From Synechococcales cyanobacterium VAR_4_metabat_354 (lineage in GTDB: Bacteria > Cyanobacteriota > Cyanobacteriia > Cyanobacteriales > Chamaesiphonaceae): a stretch of 64,000 nucleotides of DNA. Location: the NCBI GenBank assembly GCA_031414775.1, contig JANOQI010000031.1:95693-159692 (forward strand). The letters run 5' to 3'. The notes under the pieces are model-generated. The model saw only the letters and a list, made by a program, of their open reading frames with translations. It was not told the DNA's origin and did not search any database. Made by a program: the position numbers and the translations under genes. This document shows, piece after piece, positions 40,878 to 50,031 of the stretch; position 1 is the first letter of the stretch, and each line of letters begins with the position of its first letter.

Positions 40878-43430
40878 TTGATTAACTTAGAAAACTCGAA
40901 TCCTTTCACTGAAACCTTTATGCTACCTGGAGATATTTCGATCGATGACATCCAGATGTCAGAAGAATTCACAGATCTAGACCTAGATCTATTGGCTCTA
41001 TCAGTAGCCAGTGATATTAATACTGACGACTTTGCTGCCCTAGATTTAGATTTTCATGCAGATCAATCGGCTACAGACAATTTGAATGAAATGGTATTGG
41101 AAGAACTAAGTTTAGGCGATGTAGAAATCTTCGCCTCAGAACAGGTACCTACTAATGATCATATTAATGAGGTTTTCGCCGACCTAGATTTGAGTTTTGT
41201 ATCGGACCAGTGGGACACTGATGAACGCTTTACAAACATTGATTTAAATACCCTTGATGGTGCAAATATAGATGAACTAGATGATCTGCTATCAACTACT
41301 GCTCTAGTCAAGAATTCAGCGAATTTTGACAATCTGGACTTGCTCTTAGATGATGTCGCACCGAGTGTTAGCCAGACTATTCAAGATGACGAAGAATTCC
41401 AGCAGATTGAGAAAATGCTGCAACACTCTGAAAGTAAAAAAACAGAGCGCATCGTTACCAGTAAACCAGCCTCCCGGAGCAAAAAACAGCGGACTTTTGA
41501 GCAGACAATGCGGGTTTCTGTCAAAAGTTTGAACAATCTCAATAACTTAGCTGGGGAATTGGTAGTCAACCGCAATACCTTAGAACAAGACCAAAACCGA
41601 CTGCGCCAATTTGTAGATAAGCTACTCCTCGAAGTTCAGAATATGAATGAAGTGGGTAAGAGTATGCAGGATTTGTATGAAAAATCCTTACTAGAAAGTT
41701 CGCTGTTGGCCAGTCGTCAACACCAGCAAAATAAACCGGCTATCCCTAGTGAATATGATGCTGAAGGGACAATGGCCGAGATCGAATATGATCCGCTAGA
41801 AATGGATCGGTTTACGCCTATTCACTTGCTCTCGCAGCAGATGATTGAATTGACAGTGCGCATTCGGGAATCTACCTCAGATATTGAATTTGTGGTGGAC
41901 AACAGCACGGAAGTAACTCGCAGTTTGCGCCAAATTAATAGTCAGCTGCAAGAAGATTTAAATAAGAGTCGGATGTTGCAATTTGCTCAAACATCCGATC
42001 GATTACAAAGAGGGGTTCGAGACAATGGCTTAAAGTATGGCAAGCAGGTGGAGCTGCATGTCGAAGGCCGCGACACCATGATTGATAAGGTGATTCTAGA
42101 AAGCCTGAATGATCCATTGGTACATATGGTGAATAATGCGATCGCCCACGGTATTGAGTCACCAAAAGTTCGACTGGAGGCTGGTAAGCCAGCGGTTGGC
42201 TCTATTACTATTCGGGCAGTCCACCAGGGCACTCAAACTATTATTTCCCTCCGTGATGATGGCGCTGGGATAGATGTTGAGCGGGTCAAGGCCAAGGCGA
42301 TCAAAACCGGTGTGATTACCTCCGCGCAAGCCGTGACGATGACTAAGTCAGAAGTCTATGACTTATTATTCTTGCCCAGTTTTTCGACTAAGGAGCAAGC
42401 TGATGAGATCGCTGGTCGCGGTGTGGGGATGGATGTGGTGCTAACGAGTTTACAAGAAATTCGGGGCACGATCACTACCGAGTCTGTATTAGGTAAAGGT
42501 ACTACCTTTACGATCCGACTTCCTTTGGCCTTGAGTATTGCCAAGTCACTGATTGCCGTTAACAAAGATGCTGGTATTGCCTTTCCGATGGATGGAATTG
42601 AGGACAGCCAGGATATTAAGAAGGAAGAAGTAATTCCCAATGAGGCTGGTCAGCCGTGCTTCCGATGGCGTAATCAATTGATGCCCTTTAGACCCCTATC
42701 CGATCTGCTGTCTTTCAACCGTCCGATGCGCCAAATTAGTTATTACAACAATTTGGAAGAGAAGGAAGAGTTGGTGTCACTAATTGTGTTGCGTAGTAGT
42801 GGCAATCTAATTGCAGTGGAAGTTGATCGAGTAATTGGAGAGCAAGAAATCGTAATCAAGCCACTCCAAGGGCCAGCTCCCAAACCAGTTGGTATTGCTG
42901 GTGCAACAGTACTAGGCGATGGTCGAATTATTCCGATCGCTGATGTGGTCGAACTAATTGATCTGGCTAACGGGGTAATTAGTAGGCAACATAGTGGTCT
43001 GTGGTCGATAAATGAGATAGTTCAGGATCAATCGGCTCAGCGGGAACCAATGGTTCTAGTGGTCGATGATTCGATTACAGTACGTCAGTTGTTATCTCTT
43101 ACATTTACTCGTGCTGGTTATCGGGTGGAACAAGCCCGGGATGGTCAAGAAGCGTGGGATAAACTGCGGGCGGGTCTCCCTTGCGACATTATTTTCTGTG
43201 ATATTGAAATGCCGCGCATGGATGGATTAGAATTGCTGGCTAAGGTGCAGCAAGACGAAACTCTGAAAAAGTTACCGATGGCCATGCTGACCTCTAGAGG
43301 TTCCGATCGACACCGCCAAATTGCCTCAGAATTGGGAGCTAGCGGTTATTTCATTAAACCGTATCTAGAAGATGCTTTGTTGGCAGCAGTCAAAAGGATG
43401 CTGAAAGGCGAGGTGTTAGCGATCGTTTAG
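40878..43430 (+). CDS. CheA-like hybrid kinase lacking Hpt (dimerisation, HATPase, CheW, receiver; PilL-C/HmpE-like)
   Basis: LNNLAGELVVNRN, HMVNNAIAHGIE, DDGAGID, GRGVGMDVV, GATVLGDG and a C-terminal receiver (VDDS..DIEMPRMDG..KP). No Hpt His motif. Confidence 0.92.
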   Translation: MINLENSNPFTETFMLPGDISIDDIQMSEEFTDLDLDLLALSVASDINTDDFAALDLDFHADQSATDNLNEMVLEELSLGDVEIFASEQVPTNDHINEVFADLDLSFVSDQWDTDERFTNIDLNTLDGANIDELDDLLSTTALVKNSANFDNLDLLLDDVAPSVSQTIQDDEEFQQIEKMLQHSESKKTERIVTSKPASRSKKQRTFEQTMRVSVKSLNNLNNLAGELVVNRNTLEQDQNRLRQFVDKLLLEVQNMNEVGKSMQDLYEKSLLESSLLASRQHQQNKPAIPSEYDAEGTMAEIEYDPLEMDRFTPIHLLSQQMIELTVRIRESTSDIEFVVDNSTEVTRSLRQINSQLQEDLNKSRMLQFAQTSDRLQRGVRDNGLKYGKQVELHVEGRDTMIDKVILESLNDPLVHMVNNAIAHGIESPKVRLEAGKPAVGSITIRAVHQGTQTIISLRDDGAGIDVERVKAKAIKTGVITSAQAVTMTKSEVYDLLFLPSFSTKEQADEIAGRGVGMDVVLTSLQEIRGTITTESVLGKGTTFTIRLPLALSIAKSLIAVNKDAGIAFPMDGIEDSQDIKKEEVIPNEAGQPCFRWRNQLMPFRPLSDLLSFNRPMRQISYYNNLEEKEELVSLIVLRSSGNLIAVEVDRVIGEQEIVIKPLQGPAPKPVGIAGATVLGDGRIIPIADVVELIDLANGVISRQHSGLWSINEIVQDQSAQREPMVLVVDDSITVRQLLSLTFTRAGYRVEQARDGQEAWDKLRAGLPCDIIFCDIEMPRMDGLELLAKVQQDETLKKLPMAMLTSRGSDRHRQIASELGASGYFIKPYLEDALLAAVKRMLKGEVLAIV

Positions 43431-43454
43431 ATGGTAGAAATAAAACCATGTTAA

Positions 43455-43481
43455 AGAGTCCCTCTTGACCGAGGGACTTTT
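43455..43481 (+). terminator. Intrinsic terminator after the chemosensory operon
   Basis: AGAGTCCCTC-TTGACC-GAGGGACTTTT. Confidence 0.7.
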
Positions 43482-43503
43482 GCGAAGTCAGCCGCAACCC
43501 GAT

Positions 43504-44541
43504 TTATACCCCCACCATTGCTTGGATTAAACTCGCTGTGGCTGGTGCTAACAATACCCCATTCCGATAGTGGCCAGTCGCTATTAACACCCGTTCATGT
43601 CCTGGCAAATGTTCAATTACGGGGGCTGGTCTGCCTACTGGTCGAGGGCGCAGCCCACTCCAAGTATTAATAATTTCAGCATCAGCTAGAGCAGGATAGT
43701 AGGCGATGGCCTTTGCCCGAACGATCTCTAACGGCTCTGGCATAGCCTCAACTTTGGCTCCTAATGGAAACTCGACGGTAGCACCAACCCAATATTCACC
43801 ACTATTCAGCGGGACAATATGCACGTCATCACCAGTAACTACTGGTTGAAAATCAGCCATGCTCAGAGCTATTGGTAAACGATAGTGGATGGCCTGACCA
43901 AGTACTGGCATGAGTTCAATGGTTGGCTGGAGAGTGTTGGTGATCGCCATACTTCCCAAACCAGCCGCAACTACTACCCAGTCTGTTTGGAGGGCGTTAA
44001 TGGTGGTGATTTCTGTTTCCCAATGGAACTGAGCGCCCTGGCGCTGGGCAGCAGTTACGAGGGCGTGAGTTAGTTGGGGTGGGTGAATCTGCCAATCGGC
44101 GGGGGAGTAGATGGCGTTGCTGAAGGAGTCAGGATTAATATGGGGTAGTCGATCGATCACGCTCTCCCGATCCCAAATTTCTAGTGGCCAGCCCTGTTCG
44201 ATCCGAGTCTGAGCCAGTGATTGCCATTTGGTCAGATCGTCACTGGCCGCAAGTAGCTTGAGGATTCCTTGGGAATTGTGCGCTACGGGCAGACCAGCTG
44301 CCGCTAATTGAGGAATTAGGCGGTGATAGTAATTAAGGCCCTGTTGACGTAGTTGCCACGCCCGACCTTTGGTTTTTTGGCTGATCACCCCCATTAGTAA
44401 ACCCAGCGCCGCACCGGTAGATTCTTGGGCGGGTTGGTGCTGTCGATCGATCACTACCACTTCCCAGTCGGGCAACTGACTGAATTCGTAGGCAATGGTG
44501 GCACCGACGATGCCACAACCAATGATCGTAATGATAGGCAT
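43504..44541 (-). CDS. FAD-dependent oxidoreductase (DAO/glycine oxidase-like)
   Basis: GCGIVG Rossmann motif, WSGLRPRP and ATGHYRNGVLLAP. Confidence 0.9.
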   Translation of the reverse strand: MPIITIIGCGIVGATIAYEFSQLPDWEVVVIDRQHQPAQESTGAALGLLMGVISQKTKGRAWQLRQQGLNYYHRLIPQLAAAGLPVAHNSQGILKLLAASDDLTKWQSLAQTRIEQGWPLEIWDRESVIDRLPHINPDSFSNAIYSPADWQIHPPQLTHALVTAAQRQGAQFHWETEITTINALQTDWVVVAAGLGSMAITNTLQPTIELMPVLGQAIHYRLPIALSMADFQPVVTGDDVHIVPLNSGEYWVGATVEFPLGAKVEAMPEPLEIVRAKAIAYYPALADAEIINTWSGLRPRPVGRPAPVIEHLPGHERVLIATGHYRNGVLLAPATASLIQAMVGV

Positions 44542-44546
44542 CAGTG

Positions 44547-45002
44547 CTACAGGTCACTCATCTCAAAGTCAGCAAAGTCAAATCCAGGAACAACCACACA
44601 GGCTACTAGGGCATATCCAGCTTTACCGTTAACTGGTTGAGCTTTTTGCCAATAATTGGGCGGTACAATTGCTTGAAAACAATTATCTTGGCCAAGGTGG
44701 ATTAATTGTAATGTCCCTTCTAAGGTTTCGGCTAGGACTAGCTCCAGTGGGTCGCCCGCTTGGTGGAACCATAACTCTGCTGATCGTACCCGATGCCACC
44801 GCGAAAAATGGCCAGTGGGCAGCAAAAATAAAATTGCTGTACCAGCTGACCTGTCGCCGGGATAGTCTGGAGGTAAGGCGGATTGGGGGAAAGTTAGGTT
44901 CGATCGCCAGGTTTCTATGTAAAAACCGCCTTCGGGATGAGGCTGCAATTGCAGGGTCTCAATAAGCTGGGTAACGGCAGGTAGGAGCGGGGTGGCAGAC
45001 AT
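44547..45002 (-). CDS. Cupin_5 (DUF985) protein
   Basis: LQPHPEGGFY.ET, TAILFLL, HRV.SAELW and CVVVPGFDFADF motifs. Confidence 0.9.
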   Translation of the reverse strand: MSATPLLPAVTQLIETLQLQPHPEGGFYIETWRSNLTFPQSALPPDYPGDRSAGTAILFLLPTGHFSRWHRVRSAELWFHQAGDPLELVLAETLEGTLQLIHLGQDNCFQAIVPPNYWQKAQPVNGKAGYALVACVVVPGFDFADFEMSDL

Positions 45003-45282
45003 TAATATTCACGAAATCAAGGATACCAAAAGTGGTTAAGAACTAAGTTGTGGATATGGCACATCCTAAATCTCTTTTCTCATAAAAGTATCCTTAGCGA
45101 ACAGCCATAAGGTTTTCATTCTACCCCACTATCTTAAACTGGCAAATATTTCGAGGGACAGTTACGGACTGGTCATTGGGTCGAGTAAAATAATGAAGTG
45201 TCACAGCAATAACGGCTAATACACGCTGTTAGTTATCATAGATAGTGTGTAGACTTGATTCCCAGACCTTAGTAGAACTGCA

Positions 45283-46077
45283 ATGAGTCCCCCGACTAGA
45301 TTCACTATTGATTTCAACGAAGAATTCCCCCATCTGGAGAAAGCACCCAGTATTGAGGCTGTAATCCATTGGCAGGCAAGTCCGAGTAAAGCATTGGATC
45401 CAGATACTCTTAGGAACGAGCTTATTCGACATTTGCCAGACTATCCAATTTGTGAACCTCAACATGATGTAGAAATTGCTTTTGGAACAGCAGTAGGTTC
45501 CTCCGAGATGAGCCACCGCACCCAGTGGAATGGCTTTAGAATACGAGATGAAAAAAATCATGTGGCTCAGTTCACCCCGATGGGAGCTGTATTTAGCCAG
45601 CTTGAGCCTTATGAAGAATGGGAAAGCTTTCAAACAGAGGCTATGAGATTTTGGGACATTTTTCTAGAGATAGCTGTGCCGACAACCATTCAGCGGTTAG
45701 GAGTACGCTACATCAACCGTATCGTTCTGGGGCGTAACGAAAACCCTTCCACATATCTAAAAATAATGCAATCGGCTCTGGCTGATCTTGAGCTTCCAAC
45801 GGAATCATTTTTTTATCAAGATACTTACCAGATTCCTGGCTATCCTTATCACGTTAACTGGGTACGAACTATTCAGACTCAGTCAATTGCTCCAGTTGAC
45901 TATCAACCTCAAGCCCTTATTATTGACATAGATGTGTTTACAACAAATGAATTTATTGCTTCAGATCGGGAATCCTTAATTAAGCATCTTCATGAAATGC
46001 GTTGGATTAAAAATAAAATCTTTTTTACTTGCATCACCAAAACTGCCCTAGAACAATTTGGAGAATTGAAGTCATGA
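45283..46077 (+). CDS. TIGR04255-like protein
   Basis: L.KAP..EAV, Y..WE.F, RLGVRYINRI, IIDIDVF and L..(M)R..KNKIFF..IT motifs of this sporadically distributed family. Confidence 0.8.
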   Translation: MSPPTRFTIDFNEEFPHLEKAPSIEAVIHWQASPSKALDPDTLRNELIRHLPDYPICEPQHDVEIAFGTAVGSSEMSHRTQWNGFRIRDEKNHVAQFTPMGAVFSQLEPYEEWESFQTEAMRFWDIFLEIAVPTTIQRLGVRYINRIVLGRNENPSTYLKIMQSALADLELPTESFFYQDTYQIPGYPYHVNWVRTIQTQSIAPVDYQPQALIIDIDVFTTNEFIASDRESLIKHLHEMRWIKNKIFFTCITKTALEQFGELKS

Positions 46078-46532
46078 CATCAGCAACCATATCTAGAGGA
46101 AACAGCGAAACCGCTCAGTATCTTAACAACGCTAGTCAATCTAACAGTCAGCATTTTCAACAGTTAGCATCCTTAAGTAAACAATCTGCCTATGAGGAAC
46201 TGATTAATATTTGGGAAGAATGTAAAACAGATAATTGGGACGGATATAATGCTCTCCCCATCCAAAAACAAACCTTTAAGAATACTTACTCCTTCATCAA
46301 ATCATTACCATTGGGATATACCTTACCATCAGTTGGTGTGGAACCAGACGGTCATCTAACACTCGAATGGTATAAACACCCTCGATGGACTATTTCAATA
46401 AGCATTAGTCCAGAAGGCATCCTTTACTACGCAGCATTATTTGGCAATAGCGATGTACGAGGCTCCGAAATTTTCTCATGGGAGATTTCTCGAAATCTCT
46501 TTGATTTAATTCAACGAGTAAATATTGCATGA
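46074..46532 (+). CDS. Hypothetical 'NWDGY' protein (152 aa), translationally coupled
   Basis: ATG overlaps the upstream TGA (ATGA 46074-46077) with SD GGAG; NWDGYNALPI and P.V..EPDG.L.LEW motifs. Confidence 0.75.
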   Translation: MTSATISRGNSETAQYLNNASQSNSQHFQQLASLSKQSAYEELINIWEECKTDNWDGYNALPIQKQTFKNTYSFIKSLPLGYTLPSVGVEPDGHLTLEWYKHPRWTISISISPEGILYYAALFGNSDVRGSEIFSWEISRNLFDLIQRVNIA

Positions 46533-46942
46533 TTGATCCCGAAAAGGTTCCTCCCATTGCAAATACTGAAAAATTGGCACGATACGTGACTCAAAGCGGA
46601 CAGTTTCGTAAAAGTGACCATACGGTGAAGCAAGACCTTTTCATTCCCCATCCACGCCCAGAGTTATCCTTAACACGCCATTTGAATGCGACTGAAGCTG
46701 AAATCTGGGAAATTGGTATTCATGTGTCCAAGCAGATGAATCGAAATCTTTATGGCAGATCGGATATTCAGGCAATTGACTGCAAAATTGACTCGCTGAA
46801 TGTAGTAGAGAAGCCGATCCCCAACAATTCAAATCATGCCGATATTGAAGGTTGGCCATCCCAAAAACAAGATCAAAAAGCTATTGCTCTTAAACTTGCA
46901 GCATCTGCAAGTAAAATCATTCTTCCACCAATGCAATCTTAA
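46529..46942 (+). CDS. Hypothetical protein, possible ADP-ribosyltransferase-fold toxin (R-S-H pattern)
   Basis: ATGA overlap at 46529-46532; EKLAR(18), ELS(47)LTR and NH(103)ADI. The ORF is well supported; the function is inference. Confidence 0.65.
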   Translation: MIDPEKVPPIANTEKLARYVTQSGQFRKSDHTVKQDLFIPHPRPELSLTRHLNATEAEIWEIGIHVSKQMNRNLYGRSDIQAIDCKIDSLNVVEKPIPNNSNHADIEGWPSQKQDQKAIALKLAASASKIILPPMQS

Positions 46943-46956
46943 GCAGTGAGGTGAAA

Positions 46957-47005
46957 ATGCCTAAATCTAAGAGTAAAGTAAAACACTTCTCTCAAACTTA
47001 GGCAT
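46957..47005. terminator. Imperfect hairpin at the right border of the island
   Basis: ATGCCTAA...TTAGGCAT outer arms with inner AGAG/AAGT..ACTT/CTCT complementarity, between convergent genes. Confidence 0.45.
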
Positions 47006-47043
47006 CTATAACAAGAGCTTTATCAGCAAGGGCTGGGGCATTC

Positions 47044-48831
47044 TTAAGCCGGATAAATCCGCAGGCGGCGTTGGGGTTCTTCTCCAAAACTATCAGATCG
47101 CAATCGATAGTGCTCAATTAGTTCGTGTTGCATCTTGCGTACCTTCGGTGACCTCGGTAGTAATTCCACCGGCTGACCCTTGGGAATCACAATTTGCTCG
47201 ACGGCCAACCGCGCTTCTTCTAGAGCCTCCAACTCATCCTCACTACCATCCTTGGCAAACAGCCGCAGGTCAGTAGTTTCGGGTAATACATCATCCAAAT
47301 TTAGCATCCGGCGCAAAGTGCGGGTTAGTTGCGGAATCGTCCCCGACTTCACACTATAGATGGGCAGCTGACGCACCTTGGCCACTTGCCGCAACTTGGT
47401 GTGATTTTTGATATGAGTCCGCAGTGCCAACACCGCATCCGCACTATCCATATCCTTAGTTAGTACCACGGGCAACTGCAAGACATCGATAATTTGCTCT
47501 AGCTCGGTAGCACTAATCCCATAGGGATAAACGTGCAGGGGCAGTCCATCACCACGCGGATCGGTGCCATCGGGTTCTTCGCCATCCCAGGTTGCTTGGT
47601 TAAGCAGTTCTTGGAAAGTGGCACGGGAGTTATCTTCTGCGGCAATGACCACGCTACTCGCTTGGCGAATCGATCGATCATTACTGGCATATTGACGAGT
47701 GGCGGCTGGCAACGGTTCCATCCGACCAGTGGCGCGCCAGCCTCTCCCGCCATCATTATTGACAGCGGTAGGCGCAACGCTGGAGGGCTGGGCGGAGGAT
47801 GATGATAGTTCTTTTTTAATGGTTACTACGCCCTCTTCGTTCACGGTGCGTACCTGCGGCGTGGGTTGGCGACCGCGCAGTAAGTTATCCACCATATCAG
47901 CCACACTGTCGTGTACTACCCAGCGATGGCGCTCCTGCATTTCGACGGCGATCGTGAAGGTGGGGGGTGCTTTACGCTCCAAGACAGTCTTTTGAGAAGA
48001 TCGTCGCCGCGCTTCTTCATCGCCCAAAGTCACCGCTTGAATGCCACCGATCAGATCGGAAAGGGTGGGATTTTTGATCAGGTTTTCCAGTTGATTGCCG
48101 TGCGCAGTGCCGACCAATTGCACACCCCTTTCGGCGATCGTGCGCGCCGCCATAGCTTCTAGCTCGGTGCCAATTTCATCAATCACAATCACTTCTGGCA
48201 TGTGGTTTTCCACCGCTTCAATCATCACTTGATGTTGCAGCTCTGGTTTCGATACCTGCATCCGCCGCGCTCGTCCGATCGCCGGATGCGGAATATCGCC
48301 GTCGCCAGCAATTTCGTTGGAGGTATCAATAATTACCACTCGCTTGTTTAGATCATCGGCCAGCACCCGAGCAATTTCTCGCAGGGCAGTGGTTTTACCC
48401 ACACCGGGACGACCCAACATCAGAATCGACTGACCGGTTTCCACCAGATCGCGAATCATATTGATCGTGCCAAAAATCGCCCGACCCACCCGACAGGTTA
48501 AGCCCACTATTTCCCCGGCTCGATTGCGCATGGCGCTGATCCGGTGCAGGGTGCGCTCGATGCCCGCCCGGTTATCGCCACTAAATAACCCGACTCGATC
48601 AACACAATATTGCAGATCTTCCTTTGTAACCGGAATTTCGCTCAGATATTCAGCACTGTCAAAAAACCGCGCTTCCGGGTAGCGGCCTAAGTCCAGTACG
48701 ACTTCAATCAGGCCACTTTTATTGGGATGAGCGTCAATAATCTGGCGAATCGGTTCGGGCAAAATCTCGAGCAGCTTACTGAGATCATCAGTGATTTGCT
48801 TTCTTCCTAAACTGATGTTTTGATCCACCAT
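47044..48831 (-). CDS. Ycf45/SpoIIIAA-like AAA ATPase with C-terminal R3H domain
   Basis: GRPGVGKTT, DTSNEIAGDGD, VIDEIG and R3H (RKMQH...GEEPQRR) motifs. Confidence 0.92.
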   Translation of the reverse strand: MVDQNISLGRKQITDDLSKLLEILPEPIRQIIDAHPNKSGLIEVVLDLGRYPEARFFDSAEYLSEIPVTKEDLQYCVDRVGLFSGDNRAGIERTLHRISAMRNRAGEIVGLTCRVGRAIFGTINMIRDLVETGQSILMLGRPGVGKTTALREIARVLADDLNKRVVIIDTSNEIAGDGDIPHPAIGRARRMQVSKPELQHQVMIEAVENHMPEVIVIDEIGTELEAMAARTIAERGVQLVGTAHGNQLENLIKNPTLSDLIGGIQAVTLGDEEARRRSSQKTVLERKAPPTFTIAVEMQERHRWVVHDSVADMVDNLLRGRQPTPQVRTVNEEGVVTIKKELSSSSAQPSSVAPTAVNNDGGRGWRATGRMEPLPAATRQYASNDRSIRQASSVVIAAEDNSRATFQELLNQATWDGEEPDGTDPRGDGLPLHVYPYGISATELEQIIDVLQLPVVLTKDMDSADAVLALRTHIKNHTKLRQVAKVRQLPIYSVKSGTIPQLTRTLRRMLNLDDVLPETTDLRLFAKDGSEDELEALEEARLAVEQIVIPKGQPVELLPRSPKVRKMQHELIEHYRLRSDSFGEEPQRRLRIYPA

Positions 48832-48869
48832 TATGTTTGTTTTTTACTAATCTAGATGTTCAACAGATT

Positions 48870-49922
48870 TCACAAGGGTTTGAGCTGACTGACCAAAGAA
48901 AAAGCTCGATCGACTGCTAACCATAAGATATCGGGATTTTCTTCGAGCTTAGTAGTACCAGTCAACTGTTCTAAAATAGGAGCCAGCATGACTCGGGCAT
49001 AGCTGCCGTAGGCTACACCAGATATGAGATTTTCATGGTTCTGTCCGTCTGGTAGTAAGTTCATTGCTCTCAGTTTAGCAACTGTGTATTGGTTTGTGCC
49101 GCCGGCTAGCTGCACATAGCCCGGTAATTTGGCCTGGGCAACCTTTTTGCCGAGGGTGATCGCCGCATGGGTAGTCCCCATCCCGATGTCACCACTCATC
49201 GGTCGGCCGTCAGTTTGCCACAGAATGATCGGCTGCGGATCGATAGTAGTCAACAGTTTGGCAATCCAACGCAGGTAGTCGATCGAACCTTGACCATCGG
49301 GAGCACTGATCGCCACCAGCTGAAGTTGGTTCAGCACCGGAGAAATTTCTAACCAGAGTTTTTGGAATTCGGCAGCGTGGCCGGGTTGGGTATGAATCTC
49401 GATCGCCTGCACTACTTGCGACTGAATCAGTGGCCTGATCGCCTGCGGAGTCACCAGATGTTGCTGTTCGGTAATGTGTTGAACCGGGCAGATCGGCAAA
49501 CAGCGGCCACAGCCATAACAGCGATCGGTAATGACTCCTTGTTGAGTGGGGGTAAAAGCAATCGCCTCGGCTGGACAGACTTTGACACAGGGACGAAGGC
49601 AATCGATCGGACAAAACTGCGGGTCAAAAACGGCCTTGCGAAAATGCGGGTCGATGCCATCATTGACACTGACCATCAACCAGGGAGACACATAGCCCTG
49701 ATAACCACGCTGCTGAGCCTGGGGTAACAGCATCTTGGCTGCCGTCAGTCCAGCCTGAGCCGCCGCCACTACCGCCGGTTCGGCAGCGACATCAATACAG
49801 TCAGCACCAGCCAGAGCATAAACCAAACTGAGGTTCCGGACATCTGACAGGTCTTGGAAGCTGGCACCGCAGATCAGCTTAAACCAATTGCCAGCTTGGA
49901 GGGATTGATGAGGAAATAACAA
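48870..49922 (-). CDS. ldpA: Circadian input Fe-S protein LdpA
   Basis: WFKLICGAS, DPHFRKA, two 4Fe-4S motifs (CPIDCLRPCVKVCP; CYGCGRCLPICP), DGRPMSGDIG and QLAGGTN. Confidence 0.93.
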   Translation of the reverse strand: MLFPHQSLQAGNWFKLICGASFQDLSDVRNLSLVYALAGADCIDVAAEPAVVAAAQAGLTAAKMLLPQAQQRGYQGYVSPWLMVSVNDGIDPHFRKAVFDPQFCPIDCLRPCVKVCPAEAIAFTPTQQGVITDRCYGCGRCLPICPVQHITEQQHLVTPQAIRPLIQSQVVQAIEIHTQPGHAAEFQKLWLEISPVLNQLQLVAISAPDGQGSIDYLRWIAKLLTTIDPQPIILWQTDGRPMSGDIGMGTTHAAITLGKKVAQAKLPGYVQLAGGTNQYTVAKLRAMNLLPDGQNHENLISGVAYGSYARVMLAPILEQLTGTTKLEENPDILWLAVDRAFSLVSQLKPL

Positions 49923-50031
49923 GGAAAAAATAAAACAGCAACTCTCACTATCCTAATCCCCTATTCGATGGAAACGTTAGCGTATAAAGGAAGATGTAGT
50001 CGCTCACCGCCTTTACCATCGGTTAATTTAG

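Noticed and set aside
45205..45236. TAAC...GTTA motif upstream of the island as a possible attC site
   Set aside because: Too short, poor RYYYAAC match, no second site and no integrase.
45229..45633. 134-aa minus-strand ORF in the island
   Set aside because: Antisense shadow of the TIGR04255-like gene, with no recognisable motifs.
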